From: Heteronotia binoei
Taxonomy: Eukaryota
Length of the DNA: 64,000 nucleotides
Assembly (NCBI RefSeq): GCF_032191835.1
Contig: NC_083239.1
Coordinates: forward strand, 32,984,001-33,048,000
Reading direction: 5' to 3'
The notes under the pieces were generated by a model that worked only from the letters and a program-made list of their open reading frames with translations, was not told where the DNA came from and made no database searches. The first letter of the stretch is position 1, and the number at the start of each line of letters is the position of its first letter. The translations under genes were made by a program, and so were the position numbers. Positions 18,859 to 48,429 of the stretch are shown here, piece by piece.

Positions 18859-20279
18859 TGCACTTAATTGATCGCCCCATCCTGGCTTACACCAGGCTCT
18901 GGACAATGTACAACATATTACAAAAACAACATACACATTAAAAACTAACGTATCAATGTCAGTTTAAAAATCTTTAAAAACCCAGATTAGGTTTTTATCT
19001 ATGCTCTGGACTAACCAGGGCATCATTGTGGCGGGAAGAGTGCTTAAAATGCATCTGGAGGTGGGGAGTAGCAAATAGAAGGAGTAGCAAATGGAAGGTC
19101 CACGCAGAATCCATGAAGTGGTCAGCACACATTCATACACACACATCCAACTGGAAAGGTGACATCTAGCAGGAACAGACTTTTGGAGGTTGAAAATCCC
19201 ACTCTGGTATTTAGCTCCCAGATCTAGAAGACGGGATGGAGTGGCATCCTATGTTCTTGGTCTGTCAGGTGTGCCAGGAGCTAGCCTGGTGATGGGAGAG
19301 AGAAAGTAAATCCTTGGAGATAAATTGGAAAGTGAGCCTCCCAAGAGCAGGGATTGGGCGGAAGCTGCCACTTCATCCCATTGCAGCCCAGTGCATGTTT
19401 AATTTCTTTATATCTTGCTTCTCTCCCCACTGGTGACCCAAAGCGACTTATGACCAGGCCTCACTTTGGATAGGAGTTCACAGGAGTGGAGCTCCGGAAC
19501 CTCTAAATATTTTTTGTGCTCTTTCTCTCCACACCACCCCGCCCCCCACCACCACCAATACTTGCTTCTGGGCTCCATTGTTCAAACTCCTGTGAGAATT
19601 TTGCTTAACTCTTTAAGATTTGACAAACTTTCTAATATTTCTCCCCACAAAAAATGGGAAAATAACCCAAACATATAAAGCAGACAGATGGAAATCTTCA
19701 TCATGCCACTGTGACCACAAAGGAGAAATTTAAAAAGTATGATGGGAGTAAGTTTTTATTATGACAACTGTAATCCAAGAAGCTGATATAATTTAGTACA
19801 CCTTTTGGTTATGCTGGGGTGTGTGGTATATGCATGTGAGTTATGCAAATGAGTTGTGCTAATGAGCTCCTGCACCTCTTTTTCTGCAAAATGACCCCTG
19901 CTTACAACCTTGTTCTCCCCTCCTCTCTTTTATCTGGGGATGGAGCCTGGGGAGAACAGGGGCTTCAGTGGGGTACAATGCCAGAGAGTCCACCCTACAG
20001 AGCATCTATTTTCTCCAGGGGAAACTGATCTCTCTAGTCTGGAGATAAGCTGTAATTCCAGGGGATCCTCAGGTCCCACCTGGAGGCTGGCATCCGTCCA
20101 CCTGAGAAGCTGGGAGGAAAGAGAAGGGGAGCGGGGATCTTGCAAACAGGCGTACACAGCTAGCCCTTAAAGAGAGGAATAAAACTTTGCTGGTCTTAAA
20201 GGTACACTTGACTCCTACTTTGGTATACATTTTCCTCTTCTTCTCCCCCCGCCCCCCGTCACCGCATTTTCTGCGATTG

Positions 20280-20636
20280 CTGAACAACATGGGACACCCT
20301 AGAAGCGCAACCCTGTGCAGTTACTCCCGAGTAGTTCTATTGAGCTGCATAGGGTCCTGCAGATAAGCAGCCTGGCTGAAGTCTACTCTGTCCAGGTCTG
20401 GTTGCTGTTCCTGGGGGAAAGGATGAAAACCATTTTTCGTTAGTCTGCAGCACTGAGAGAGTTAAACCAAGCGAGCTGTTTGCTAGAGAGGTCAAGCAAG
20501 GAGAAGGGGCGGAAGTGAAAAGGCTCTTTTCCTGCTTGGGGAGGGGAGGGGTTGGCGTCTGAATCGCCAAAGAGACCAAGAAGGGTTCAGTTTGGTATCA
20601 GCGGGGGGAGCTAGGAAAGTCTACTCACAGGTAAGA
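20280..20636 (+). promoter_or_regulatory. Unit 2 promoter/first non-coding exon
   Basis: GGGGCGGAAGTG (GC box plus ETS-type motif) at 20506-20517; donor CACAG|GTAAGA at 20630/20631. Confidence 0.6.
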
Positions 20637-21597
20637 CACGGGGCAGGAGGAGGGATATGCTTTTAAATCTTGGGAAAGAGGGATGCTGGCTGTCATGAAT
20701 GGATTCAGGTGGGGCAGCCGTGTTGGTCTGAAGCAGCAGAACAGAGTTCGAGTCTAGAAGCACCTTTAAAACCAACGAATGCTTAGTCAGGGGGAAAGCT
20801 TGAGTGTGCACGCGCACACGCACTTCGGTTGCATTGAAGTGGAAGTTACCAGTCCGTACATATAGGTAGGGCAGAAAATTAATATATATCGCATAATGAA
20901 GCCGTTTAACAGATTCCAGGACCAAACAGGAATAACAAGCTTGGTTTATGGTTACCAGTTGTTTGGGTTTAATTTCAGGGGGGGAAGCAAACATTTCAAA
21001 CATAAACATATCAAAACTGGAGACTTATGGACAGATGTCTCCTTCCTAATTGTGGAATGCTGAGGTATTCACTGAGACCCTGTTCTTAGGCTCCCATCTG
21101 TCTCCTTTGAAGCTTAATGCAGGGTCTCGGTTAATTACTCTCAGAGGCTTTAAGTACTTTTGAAATGTGATTTTGTGACATATGATTAATTTGTTAGCTG
21201 CCTTGTTGGCCCTTGTGGGGACAGAGAGGTGGGATCTGAGTTTTATAAAGAGAAAAAAATTATCAGCCAGGGAGGCCCAGAAAGGAGTCCCATGCCTGAT
21301 CAGCTCCTTCACATGCCATGCATTTGAGCCTGTGTCTCCCCCCCCCCCCCCCGATTTGACCTTTCCCTGGGGATTCATTGCCTCCCCCAGCTCCAGTTCA
21401 CCCAGGTGGCCACTCTGCCCTGACCGAAGGGCAGTCCCTCTGCTGGCTGCTTTGACAGAGCTATTGCCTAATGTTTCCACCTTATTGAGGAACTATGGCA
21501 ATATAGAAGCTGATAATAGTCACTTTATCCAGGGCTCCAGTTTATATTGAGATGTATCTTTCCATAGTCGAAGGTGACCCAAGAGAAGGGGAAGGAG

Positions 21598-32485
<10,888 letters not shown>

Positions 32486-32874
32486 AGATTCTGTCAGAGT
32501 GGTGCTCTTCAACACCATCTATGAGCCCACATAAGGAGAAACTATGTATCTAACTTCAGAAAGGATACAGGCAAATCCAATTAACAATATTATTTTTTAC
32601 TCAAGGTTTGAACAGCCTTACAGTGTTTCTGTTATTTTACAGTCTTTGATAACTGACATACCTTGCTTTGAATTTTTGCATGAGACTTTGTGGTCAGCAT
32701 CTGTGCTGTACTAATCTTGAGTGTGCTGTTTAGTTGTGTATCTTTAAGCTAAGAATGTACTTTTGATTTATGGTCATTTATCATAGAAATTAGCTAAATG
32801 AGCTGTTCACAATGTACGTTGTCCCAATCATATTTATGTATTTATCCCATGCGAAGTTACCCAAAGAAAGCATA

Positions 32875-35800
32875 TCCTATAAATAATTCTCCTGTTGTGG
32901 TGGCAAATCTAACCATCCTGATTGGTTGGGGCTTGGTGGGAGTGGCGTATCAGCCATGAAACTATCAGTGAAGAGTACTTGTGTACCATTGGTTGAGTTC
33001 TCTCCTTTCTCCCATTCAAGTGGTGGTTGCTAGTCAGCAAAGCTGATTATGTCAGTAAAAAGCAACCACCTTAATTCTGGCAGTTACTGTGGGGACACAC
33101 TATTGGCTTATCACATGTCGGTCACCATCTCTTGCCTCCCATTGGCTGACTCCCCTGCCTACTGCAGGCCCAGGAATGTTGAACAAACTGCCAAAGGCAG
33201 TCTTTCCTCAGAGACAGCCACATCTCCAACTCTTCTCTGTCCTCTGTCCTTCTCTGTATCCTCTCTGTCAACTGGCCTCAGAAGGGTCAGGAGAATTATT
33301 GCAGCCTCACAAAAAGCCTCCCAGCACATGCAGCCTCCAAAGGCTGCAGAAATAGCTAGGGAGACCAGGCCCTGCTGGGAGTGTTTCCTTAGAGCCCATG
33401 GCTGCCTCCTGGGAAGTGCTAGTCAGAGGCTACTTTTGTCAGGAAAGGGAGAGGCCTCAGGAGAATATAATATCATACAGTCCACCCTCCAAATAAGTTA
33501 TTTTCTCCAGGATAGGCAGAGAGATCTGTTGTCTGGAGTCCAGATGGCAGAGATAAGCTCCCCTTGGGGGGGCGGGGGAGTGAATGCCTTCACTTGGGTG
33601 GATGGGAAGACAACAAGGGGAGACACTCACCCAGAGGCCTTTGGTGATAACTTTCCAGGTTGGTGGGAAATCTCTGGAGATTCTGTGGTGGAGTGTGAGG
33701 AAGACATGCCAATTAGGGTTTCAGAGTGGGGTCCGCCAGACTCAGGTTCTTGCTGTAGAAGCTGACTGGTTGATTTTGGAACAGTCACAGACTTTTAGCC
33801 TAACTCGCCTTACAGGGTTGTTATTCAGGTCAAAGGCAGGAGATGAGAATGATGTAAACTGCTTTGGTTTCCCCCTCACTGTGGAAAAAGCCTGTCCTTT
33901 TCCTACACAGAGGCTGCAGAGAGGGCGAAGGTGATGGAAAACTGAAGTCACAGGCAGATAAAGTGAAGGAGATGGGGTTGTCAACTCCAGGTTATGAAAT
34001 TCCTGGATATTTAAGGGGTGGGGCCTGGAGAGGGTGGGGTTTGAGAAGGGATGAGACCTCAGACAGGTACAATGCCATTTCCTTTTAGGGAACCACTCTG
34101 GCCAATCTCCAGGCAAGGGCTGGAGATCACTCAGAATTAAAACTGCTCTCCAGATGGCAGAGATCAGCTCCTCTTGAGGGGTGTGTGTGTGTGTGGGGGG
34201 GAGTGAATGCCTTCACTTGGGTGGTTTGGAAGACAGCAGGAGTAAGGGAGCACTTGACCAGAGCCTCCTCCTAGAACCCATTGTATTTTTCTTCACAATG
34301 GGCCTTACTCTTAGTATATATATAAAACACCAGTCTACTGACACTTTCCAGCTCTCCCACTGGCCATTAATGCATACCACATCAGCCATTGGCCCGTCAA
34401 ATATCACTCAAGTGCACTTGGTTGCATTGACCGAGACTGCTCCTCTCTCCTGCCCTCTGGGTGACTGGGGAAGCTGCTAAGCAGTGGCTGTTGCTAGGCA
34501 ACCAAAACTTGCTTCTGTCAGTAAAAAGCATCTAACCTTGGTTCTGTCAGTAAAAGGCAAGGGGAAGGAGCCCATTCCAGACCTATTTTGGCCTTTAAGG
34601 GAGAACCCATTGGGGTTGCCAGCTCCAGGTTGGTGGGAAATTCCTGAAGACTTTGTAGTGCAGTCTAAGGAACCAGAGTTTGAGAACAGGAAAGACCTCA
34701 GCTTAATATCCACTCTCTAAAGCAGTTATTTTCTCCAGGGTGAGTTAGATCTGTTGTCTGGAGTTCAGTTGTGATACCAGGAGATCTTCAGGCTCCACCC
34801 GGAGGTTGGCTGCTCTAGGCCAGGCTGCTTGCTCCTGTTCAACAGCAGCCCTGCCCCCCATGACTGCCAGTGTGACGTAGCTCTTAGCACTGCCAGTGTG
34901 ACATAGCGCTTAGCACTTCAGAGCTTAGCACCAGACCCAGGTTCTTGCCGTGGAAGCTGACTGGATGATTTTGGACCAGTCACAGACTTTCAGTCTAATC
35001 TACCACACAGGGTTTTTGTCAGTTGCGTAGCCAGGATTTCATGTTTGGTGGGGAGCCAGGGGGTCACCTGGTTTGACCCTAAACACTTTATCTGCTTTTC
35101 AAGTAAAGTGACAACTCCCCCCTCCCTCCATTTGTCTAACTCAGTAAACCTTCCAGGGGGATTTGGCTGGAAGTAGGCTTCTCCCCCCCACCCGTGCCAC
35201 TCTGAAGCCCCTCCCTGCTGGTCTCTGACCAGGCAAAAGTGAAGCCGCCTTCCCCCCTCCCGAAGGAACTGCCCACCCTCAGATTCCAAGCTCTCCGCTG
35301 CTTCTGGCTGCTGAGGATCCAACTAATAGGAGCTTGTTTCTGTTCCAAGGAAGGCTTCCTCCCTCAGCATCCCAATGCTTGGAGAGTCTCTTTCCTGGCA
35401 CTCTTCTGTGCTGGTGTGGTGAGGTGGTCCCAGGAGTGAGTCCCATCCCTGGGGCATGAGTGCTGGGGAGGGTCAGCCACCACAGCAGCTGCAGGGGCCC
35501 GGTTAGAGCACTTGTTCAGAGCGGTGGTGATCAAAGGAGGCAGATTGGAGGCCCTCCAATGGAGGGGGCCATACAGATGGAAGAAGGGGTTGAATGGAGT
35601 GGCCTGGCCCTCCCTGGGCACCACTGTAGCTATGGGCCTGGTTGCTGTGCAGATCGAAAGGGGGAGAGGAGAATAAGCGTATTTGGGCCCCACTGTGCAC
35701 TTTTCCTGGGCAAAGACTGCAGGGATGGGGGGAATAGATGGAAAGCTGAAGTCAGAGGGCAGATAAAGGTAGGTTGATGGTTGGCTGAGAAGGAGATAGG

Positions 35801-36769
35801 GTTGCCAACTCCAGGTTGGGGAATTCCTGTAGATTTCAGGGGTGGAGCCTGGAGAGGGTGGGGTTTGAGGAAGGGTGGGGCTTCAGACAAGTACAATGCT
35901 ATAGAGTCCACGCTCCAAGGCAGCCATTTCTTCCTGGGGAACCATTGTTGCCTATCTCCAGGTGAGGGCTGGAGATCACTCCAAATTACAACTGCTCTCC
36001 AGATCACAGAGATCAGCTCCCTGGAGAAAGTGACTGATTTGCAGGGTGCACTCTGTGTCATTATACCCTGCTGAGGTTGCTTCCCTCCTGCTTTGGTCCA
36101 TACTGTGGAGAAAGACTATTTTTCCTAGGCAGAGGCTACAGGGAGTGGGGAGAAGATGAAAAGCTGAAGTCAGATCAATCCCTCTACCAAAAATGGCCTC
36201 CTTGAGGCACATACTCTATGTTATGCCATAACACAGCCAGGCCAGGCCAAAAAATCCAGATCATGTCACAAACTCACACTGATGCTAAATGGTGCAAGGC
36301 TGAATATGACAGGAAAAGGTGACAACAATGCACTGCAAACAAAAGGAATGCTGCACTTCAGAGTTTGTGTGACTGTCGTGCCCCCCCTAATTATTCATCT
36401 TTATCTCTATTCTGGGCCTGTTTCAGGGCTTTGTGCCATCATGACACAGGGACACACACACATGTGGGGAGGGGGAAGCTGGCATCTGTTCCAGCTGCTG
36501 GTTGGGTGGAAAGACAGCAGGAATGGGGAGGTGAGTGAAAAGTGAGGGGTGAGTGAATATCATGGGAGGGGGAGTAGTGGAATGCCAAGGGTGTGAGGGT
36601 AGTTGAGAGAAAGAGGTGAGTGGTATTGGGGGTGGGGAGACACCAAAGATGGGGAGGAGTGAATGCCTTCACTTGGATGGGTGGGAAGAAAGCAAGGGTG
36701 AGGGGGCTCTCGCCCAGAAATTCTTTCTAGAGCCCATTGTATTTTTCTCACAATGGGCCTTATTCCTAG
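32875..36769 (+). mobile_element. Composite non-autonomous Helitron-like insertion (~3.9 kb)
   Basis: 5' A|TCCTATAAATAA, 3' hairpin GCCCATTGT-N9-ACAATGGGC then CTAG|T, no TSD; empty site aaagcata|taacaatataaaata at 49789/49790 in unit 3. Confidence 0.75.
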
Positions 36770-37779
36770 TAATAATATAAAATATGTAAGTTGATACAAA
36801 GGGTATGCAGACTGATTTGGCAATCCCCCTAAATACTAATATGTAAATTTTCAATCCACTCAATTGCAGCTGGGGAGAGTTCAGGGAGCTCCATCACATC
36901 TCCCTGGAGAGCACAATTGTCACATTCCTGTGAGACGTGGGCTGCACTACAAATGCATTTGGGTCCTGGTATTTTGTCCTATTTAAGTAACTGGTCTTGT
37001 TTGTATTCTATTAGCCATCTTCCATATTTTGCGTGGCAAGTCAAATCCTGCGAGCTTCTCATTGTTGTTTATCAGGTTATGGATATTGGGTGGAACAGAT
37101 TGCATCCACGTTCACAACCATTCATTCCCTAGATCAAAATTTTGTGATTACAGGATTTGTGCAGCTTAGGGGATCAGGGTTTTTGTGCACATGTATATTT
37201 TGAAGCCAACACTTTCGCTAGATCTACAAGGTATTTGTTTTTGTGTGAGTCAGGGTTGGATGAGACAGGCAAAGCAGCACCAGCAAAATTACAAGACGAC
37301 TCAAGCAGTGTTACAGAGATTGAAGTAAGCATAAAGCAAGAATCAAAGATGTGTCATGGAAAGCAGGGGCAACAGAGCAGCATATTAGTACCTCCAGTGG
37401 ACCGGAGGGTGAGGAAGGTGTCACAGAGGTCGCCCATCTCAGTCCGGGTCAGGTGGCCTTTGAGTTCAAGAAGGCAGCTTAACAAGGTACAGACAGCTGG
37501 AGTATACCTGTGTGCATCTCAGCTTTGGAAGACCACCACCAGTCCACTGTCCTTTCCTCCAGTCAGGAGCCAAAGGACCAACTCCTGATCTTCTCAGGAA
37601 TAGCTAAAAATTCTTCCCTGCAATGTAGACTCACAGCAGGGATTCACAAGAGCTACAGTTTAGTGGTGAGTGGATAGCTAGTTTTAGGCACTGATTCCGT
37701 TGCTGGTTGTGGAAGGTCTGATTGTTTCCTTCTGCTTTCTCATCATGAAAATGAGAGATCCCTGAAGTTACCTGGGACA

Positions 37780-37969
37780 CAGTGTACCTCTAAGCTGAAT
37801 TAGTGTGAGCTAGCTCACAGTTTCTTAGCCTCCAGCTCACACATTTTTGTCTTAGCTCAGGAAAAATGGCCCCAGAGCGAACTAATTTATGCAGTAGCTC
37901 ACAACTTTAATGCCAGTTCTCACAAAGTAGAATGTTTGCTCACAAGACCACAACTTAGAGGGAGTATTG
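37780..37969. mobile_element. hAT-type MITE (CAGTGTTCCCTCTAA family)
   Basis: cagtgtacctctaag...ttagagggagtattg; degraded TSD ctgggaca/ctgggcag. Confidence 0.75.
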
Positions 37970-38244
37970 CTGGGCAGGGTAGTTCCTTTGTGGATCCATC
38001 TGTTAGCAAAGCCTGCAGCTGTTCAACTTCAACCTATGAAAGCCATTGACAATTGCTCTGAGGGGTCAACAGCTTCCTCTCAGGCTGAAACTGAAGAGCT
38101 ACAACCCTTGCTGGCTGGCAACAGGCCTTCCTGCAAGGGAATGTCTTACTCTGCTAAGCAGCCCTGCCAAAGAGAAAAGTGGCCACCATGATCCTCTGGT
38201 CCCTTTGAGACTAACCAATACATGCCGCAGGAGGGAAGGTCACA

Positions 38245-38345
38245 TGGGTACAGTCTGATCTTGTCAGATCTTGTAAGCTAATCAGGGTTGGTATATGGAT
38301 GGGAGACCACCAAGGAAGATTCTGCAGAGGCCAACCACCTCTGCT
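38245..38345 (+). mobile_element. Degenerate 5S-derived SINE fragment
   Basis: ctgatcttgtcagatcttgtaagctaatcagggttggtatatggatgggagaccacc. Confidence 0.6.
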
Positions 38346-38439
38346 TCTGGCCTTGGAAACCCCTTGCTCCTCTTTGTCTCAAACCCGGGCTGCTGCTGCT
38401 GTTGCTTCTCCTCCTCCTCCTCCATTCAGCCACCCAATT

Positions 38440-38838
38440 TTCTGAGATGACTGAACAGCACTGGATAACCTGGGTGCGCAACCCTGTGCAGAGTTACTCC
38501 CGAGTAGCCCTATTGAACTCCATGGGATCTTACGGACGGCAGCCTGGCTGAGTCTGATCTGTCCAGGTCGACTCTGGGCGCTGCTCCTGGGGGAAAGGAG
38601 GGAGAGCATTTCTTGTTCCTCTGCAGCCCTGAAAGAGTTAAACCAAGAGACCTGTTTGCTAGAGAAGCCGAGCAAGGAGGGGCCAGAAGGGTGGAAAGGC
38701 TCTTTTCCGGTTGTGGAGCGTGTGTGTGTGAAGGTTTTACTTCTAAATTGCCGAAGAGACGAGGAGGGGCTTCAGATAGGTAACGTAGGGCGGAAAGCCC
38801 TACAGCAGGATCCTGGGAAGGTCTCTTCACAGGTAAGA
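38440..38838 (+). promoter_or_regulatory. Unit 3 promoter/first non-coding exon
   Basis: Homologous module, CpGs retained, donor CACAG|GTAAGA at 38832/38833; ETS motif replaced by ggggccagaagggtgg. Confidence 0.55.
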
Positions 38839-40121
38839 TATGGGGCGGGGGAGGGATAAGTTCTTAAATCTTGGGAAAGAGGGATGCTGGCTGCCAGGTC
38901 CAGATTCAGGTGGGCAGGCGTGTTGGTTTGAAGCAGCAGAACACAATCAGCCCCAGCGACGCCTTTCAGACCAAAGGATGTTTATTTAAGGGATAAGCTT
39001 TCCTGTGGAAGCACATTACTTCAGATACATCGAAGAGGAAGTGACCAGTCCATACATATAGGTAGTGGGTGAGCATAAAATTAATATAGAACATAATGAA
39101 GACGTTTAACAGACCCCAGGACCAAACAGGATTAACAAGTTTTGTTCATATGTTTACCATTTGTTTGGGTTTAATTCGGGGGGGGGGGGGGCACAAAAAT
39201 ATATCAGAATTGGAGATCGATGATGCCTCCTTCTTAATTGTGGGATGCTGTGGTAGTTAACTGAGCCCCTGTTCTTATGCTCCATCCATCTCCTCTCAAG
39301 CTTAACCCAGGGTCTCAGTTAATTTCAAGGGCTTTCAATATTTTTGGTGTGATTTTTCTGATGCATGTTTTAATTTGTTAGCTTTCTTGGTGGCTCTTGT
39401 GGAGACAGAGAGGTGGGGTCTGAGTTTTGTAAACAAAAATAAATTCTCAGCCACAGGGGTCTTAAGGAGGCTCAGAAGGAAGTCCCTTGCCTGATCAGGA
39501 GGGGAGAAATCATTAATGCCAGTTGGCTTCTTCACTATGTATTTGAGTCAGCATCCCCCCCCCCCCTCCAATCTGACCTTTCCCTGGGGGTTCACTGCTT
39601 CCCCCTTCTCCTGTTCATCCAGGTGCTCCATCTGCCCAGACCTGGAGAGGCTGGACAACCCCGCTGCTGGCTACTTGGACAGAACTATTGCGTAATGTTT
39701 CCACCCTATTGAGAAGATATGGCAATACAGAAGCTGATAATAGTCACTATATACAGGGCTCCAGTTTACATTGAGACGTAGCCCCTAGGACAGATTGATT
39801 CCCTGACTATCTAAAGCCAATATAATATAATCCTCAACAGACTTTTAAAGAGCCAAATGGAGACTGTTTACTTTCCTGAAGGACCAAACAGGCATGTTTA
39901 ACAAAGCTTGATATGTAATATAGCACAATGACATTAACCCTGATCCACAAACTGCAACAGTGATGTTCCATCTGATCCACTGGGCCAGTCCTTTGGGGTC
40001 GGTGATGTAGCTCTGTTCTCTTCTGGTTTCTTTCTGCCTTTTTGATTTCCTTTCCCCTACCTCTTCATAGCATATGATAAGGGTATCTTTCCACAGTTGG
40101 AGGTGATCCAAGGGGAAAGAG

Positions 40122-40520
40122 ATGGAAGAGGAGGATCCAGAAGGCAAGAGTCCTCATCCCACCCAGGCTGGGAGTGGTGTGGAATACTGGGAAAGAGTTG
40201 TGCCAGAGAACCTGTCTCAGTACCCTATGACTGCAGAGGTATGTAACCAATGGTTCTGGCAGTTCCGCTACCATGAGGCTGATGGACCCTGAGAGATTTG
40301 CAGTCAGCTCCATGGACTTTGCAACCAGTGGTTGGAGCCAGAGAGGAACACCAAGAAACAGATCTTGGACCTGGTGCTCTTGGAACAGTTTCTGCCCATT
40401 TTGCCCCAGGAAATACAGTGCTGGGTGAGAGGATGTGAGCCCAAGACCAGTTCCCAAGCAGTGGCCCTGGCAGAAGGTTTCCTCCTGAGCCAGGCAGAGG
40501 AGAAGAGGCAGGCAGAGTAG
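40122..40520 (+). pseudogene. Unit 3 SCAN exon disrupted by two nonsense codons
   Basis: In-frame TGA at 40290-40292 (paralogs have CGA/CGT in GPRE) and TAG at 40518-40520 (paralogs CAG) just before the GTGAGA donor; otherwise clearly SCAN ([27 protein letters not shown]). Confidence 0.9.
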
Positions 40521-40611
40521 GTGAGAGGGTGTCCTTTGCTCAGTTCCAGCAAGGATCTTATCCTAAGGCTTCCCTGCCAGATATTTCTACCTTTAGAGAA
40601 TTTACTAGGCT

Positions 40612-41272
40612 TTGAATGAATTAATATTTGTTTCCAGTCAAAGAACATTATTTACAAGCACAGGCAATTAACCATAGTACATCCTTATTAAAACCACCAA
40701 AAATATTCCAAAAAGTATATTTGATCATTCAAACCTTGTAAGAATCCAAAAAGTCTAAAATAAGTCTAAAACGTCAAATATAAAATGTCTATAAAATCAT
40801 ATATATCCTACAATTCCAGCAAGTCATACAAATCATACCGAATCATATTTCTTATTGTGGAATTTTACCAAATGGTAATAGAATTTAGCTATTTGTCTGG
40901 AGATAAGCGGATTTTCATCAGCTGAAAGTTTCTCCAGGCAGGCCTTGTCTGCATCTGCTATTGTTCCATCTAAAAATGGGGAAATAAACTTATTCCTATA
41001 TACTTGATGGAATGGACATCGCAAGAACATATGGATCATTGATTCCCCTTCTCCCATGGAACAAGGCCAACATCTGTCTTCATATGGGATCTTCCTATAT
41101 TTCCCATATAGCACCTTTGAAGGAATAACTGCACATCGAGTCAAAGTAAAGGCTGTTCTATAAGATAGCACCTCCAAATAGGTGAGGCATTTGGCCATCC
41201 TCATGACATGTTTGGACTCAATAGGTGCCAAAAAAGACAGGGCTTGCATTAGATCCCATTGTCACTCTTGAC
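40612..41272 (-). mobile_element. 5' truncated non-LTR retrotransposon (ORF2 C-terminal CCHC zinc knuckle), clade uncertain
   Basis: ORF 40833..41249 RTAFTLTRC...GKYRKIPYEDRCWPCSMGEGESMIHMFLRCPFH; 12-bp TSD ATTTACTAGGCT (40600-40611, 41273-41284). Confidence 0.85.
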
Positions 41273-41286
41273 ATTTACTAGGCTGG

Positions 41287-41760
41287 TGTAAGGAAGAGAC
41301 TGGTTCTGGCCCAAGACAGCAACTCTGAAGAGCTAAAGGAGGCATAAAGAGGGAGGATTGACCTTGCAGGTCACTGCAGGAACTGTCCAGTTTTCATCTT
41401 GCTAGAGCACATAACTGAATCATCTTAATTAATAGCTGGACTGGAGGGAGGGAGAGGCAGTTTGTTAACAGGTTAACCTCAGGATAAAGCAAAGCAGGTG
41501 CGGGGGTTATCGCATGCTTTTTTGGGCAGGATACTCACCTGCCTTTGAGGTTCGAGTAAGTTGGCTGATTGTATTCATTTTGTTGTAGTTTGGTAGCCTT
41601 CAGAAGATGTTTAATCTTTGTGTGAGTAATTATTGTTATTCGAGGACACCTCACCTTCCCTTTAATAATAAAGGAACTTTGCCTGATTTGCTGGACTTGA
41701 GTGTGGACCTTAGAGCCGAGTATCTTGAGAGAGAATCTAAAAGCCTGCAGCCCTCCAGCA
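41287..41760 (+). mobile_element. Unclassified ~475-bp insertion with solo-LTR-like features
   Basis: Starts TGTAAGG, ends CCAGCA, internal AATAAA; absent from paralogous introns; no convincing TSD. Confidence 0.35.
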
Positions 41761-41910
41761 GAGCAGAAAACCCAACCCAGATTCTTGCCATGGAGTGGAA
41801 CCAGCTCTGCTGGCTGATGCACAGTTGAGAAGTCTGGGAGTGGGGCAGAATCCAGCTCCTTCAGCTTCTTCCATTTCTTCTCTTACTAGTCTCCCTAACC
41901 GTTATTTCAG

Positions 41911-48429
<6,519 letters not shown>

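Noticed and set aside
33049-33765. 238-aa ORF inside the Helitron-like block
   Set aside because: No HUH Rep or helicase motifs, crosses several repeat fragments; probably a chance ORF
37157-37588. 143-aa ORF possibly from a retroelement gag or transposase
   Set aside because: No recognisable motif in any frame
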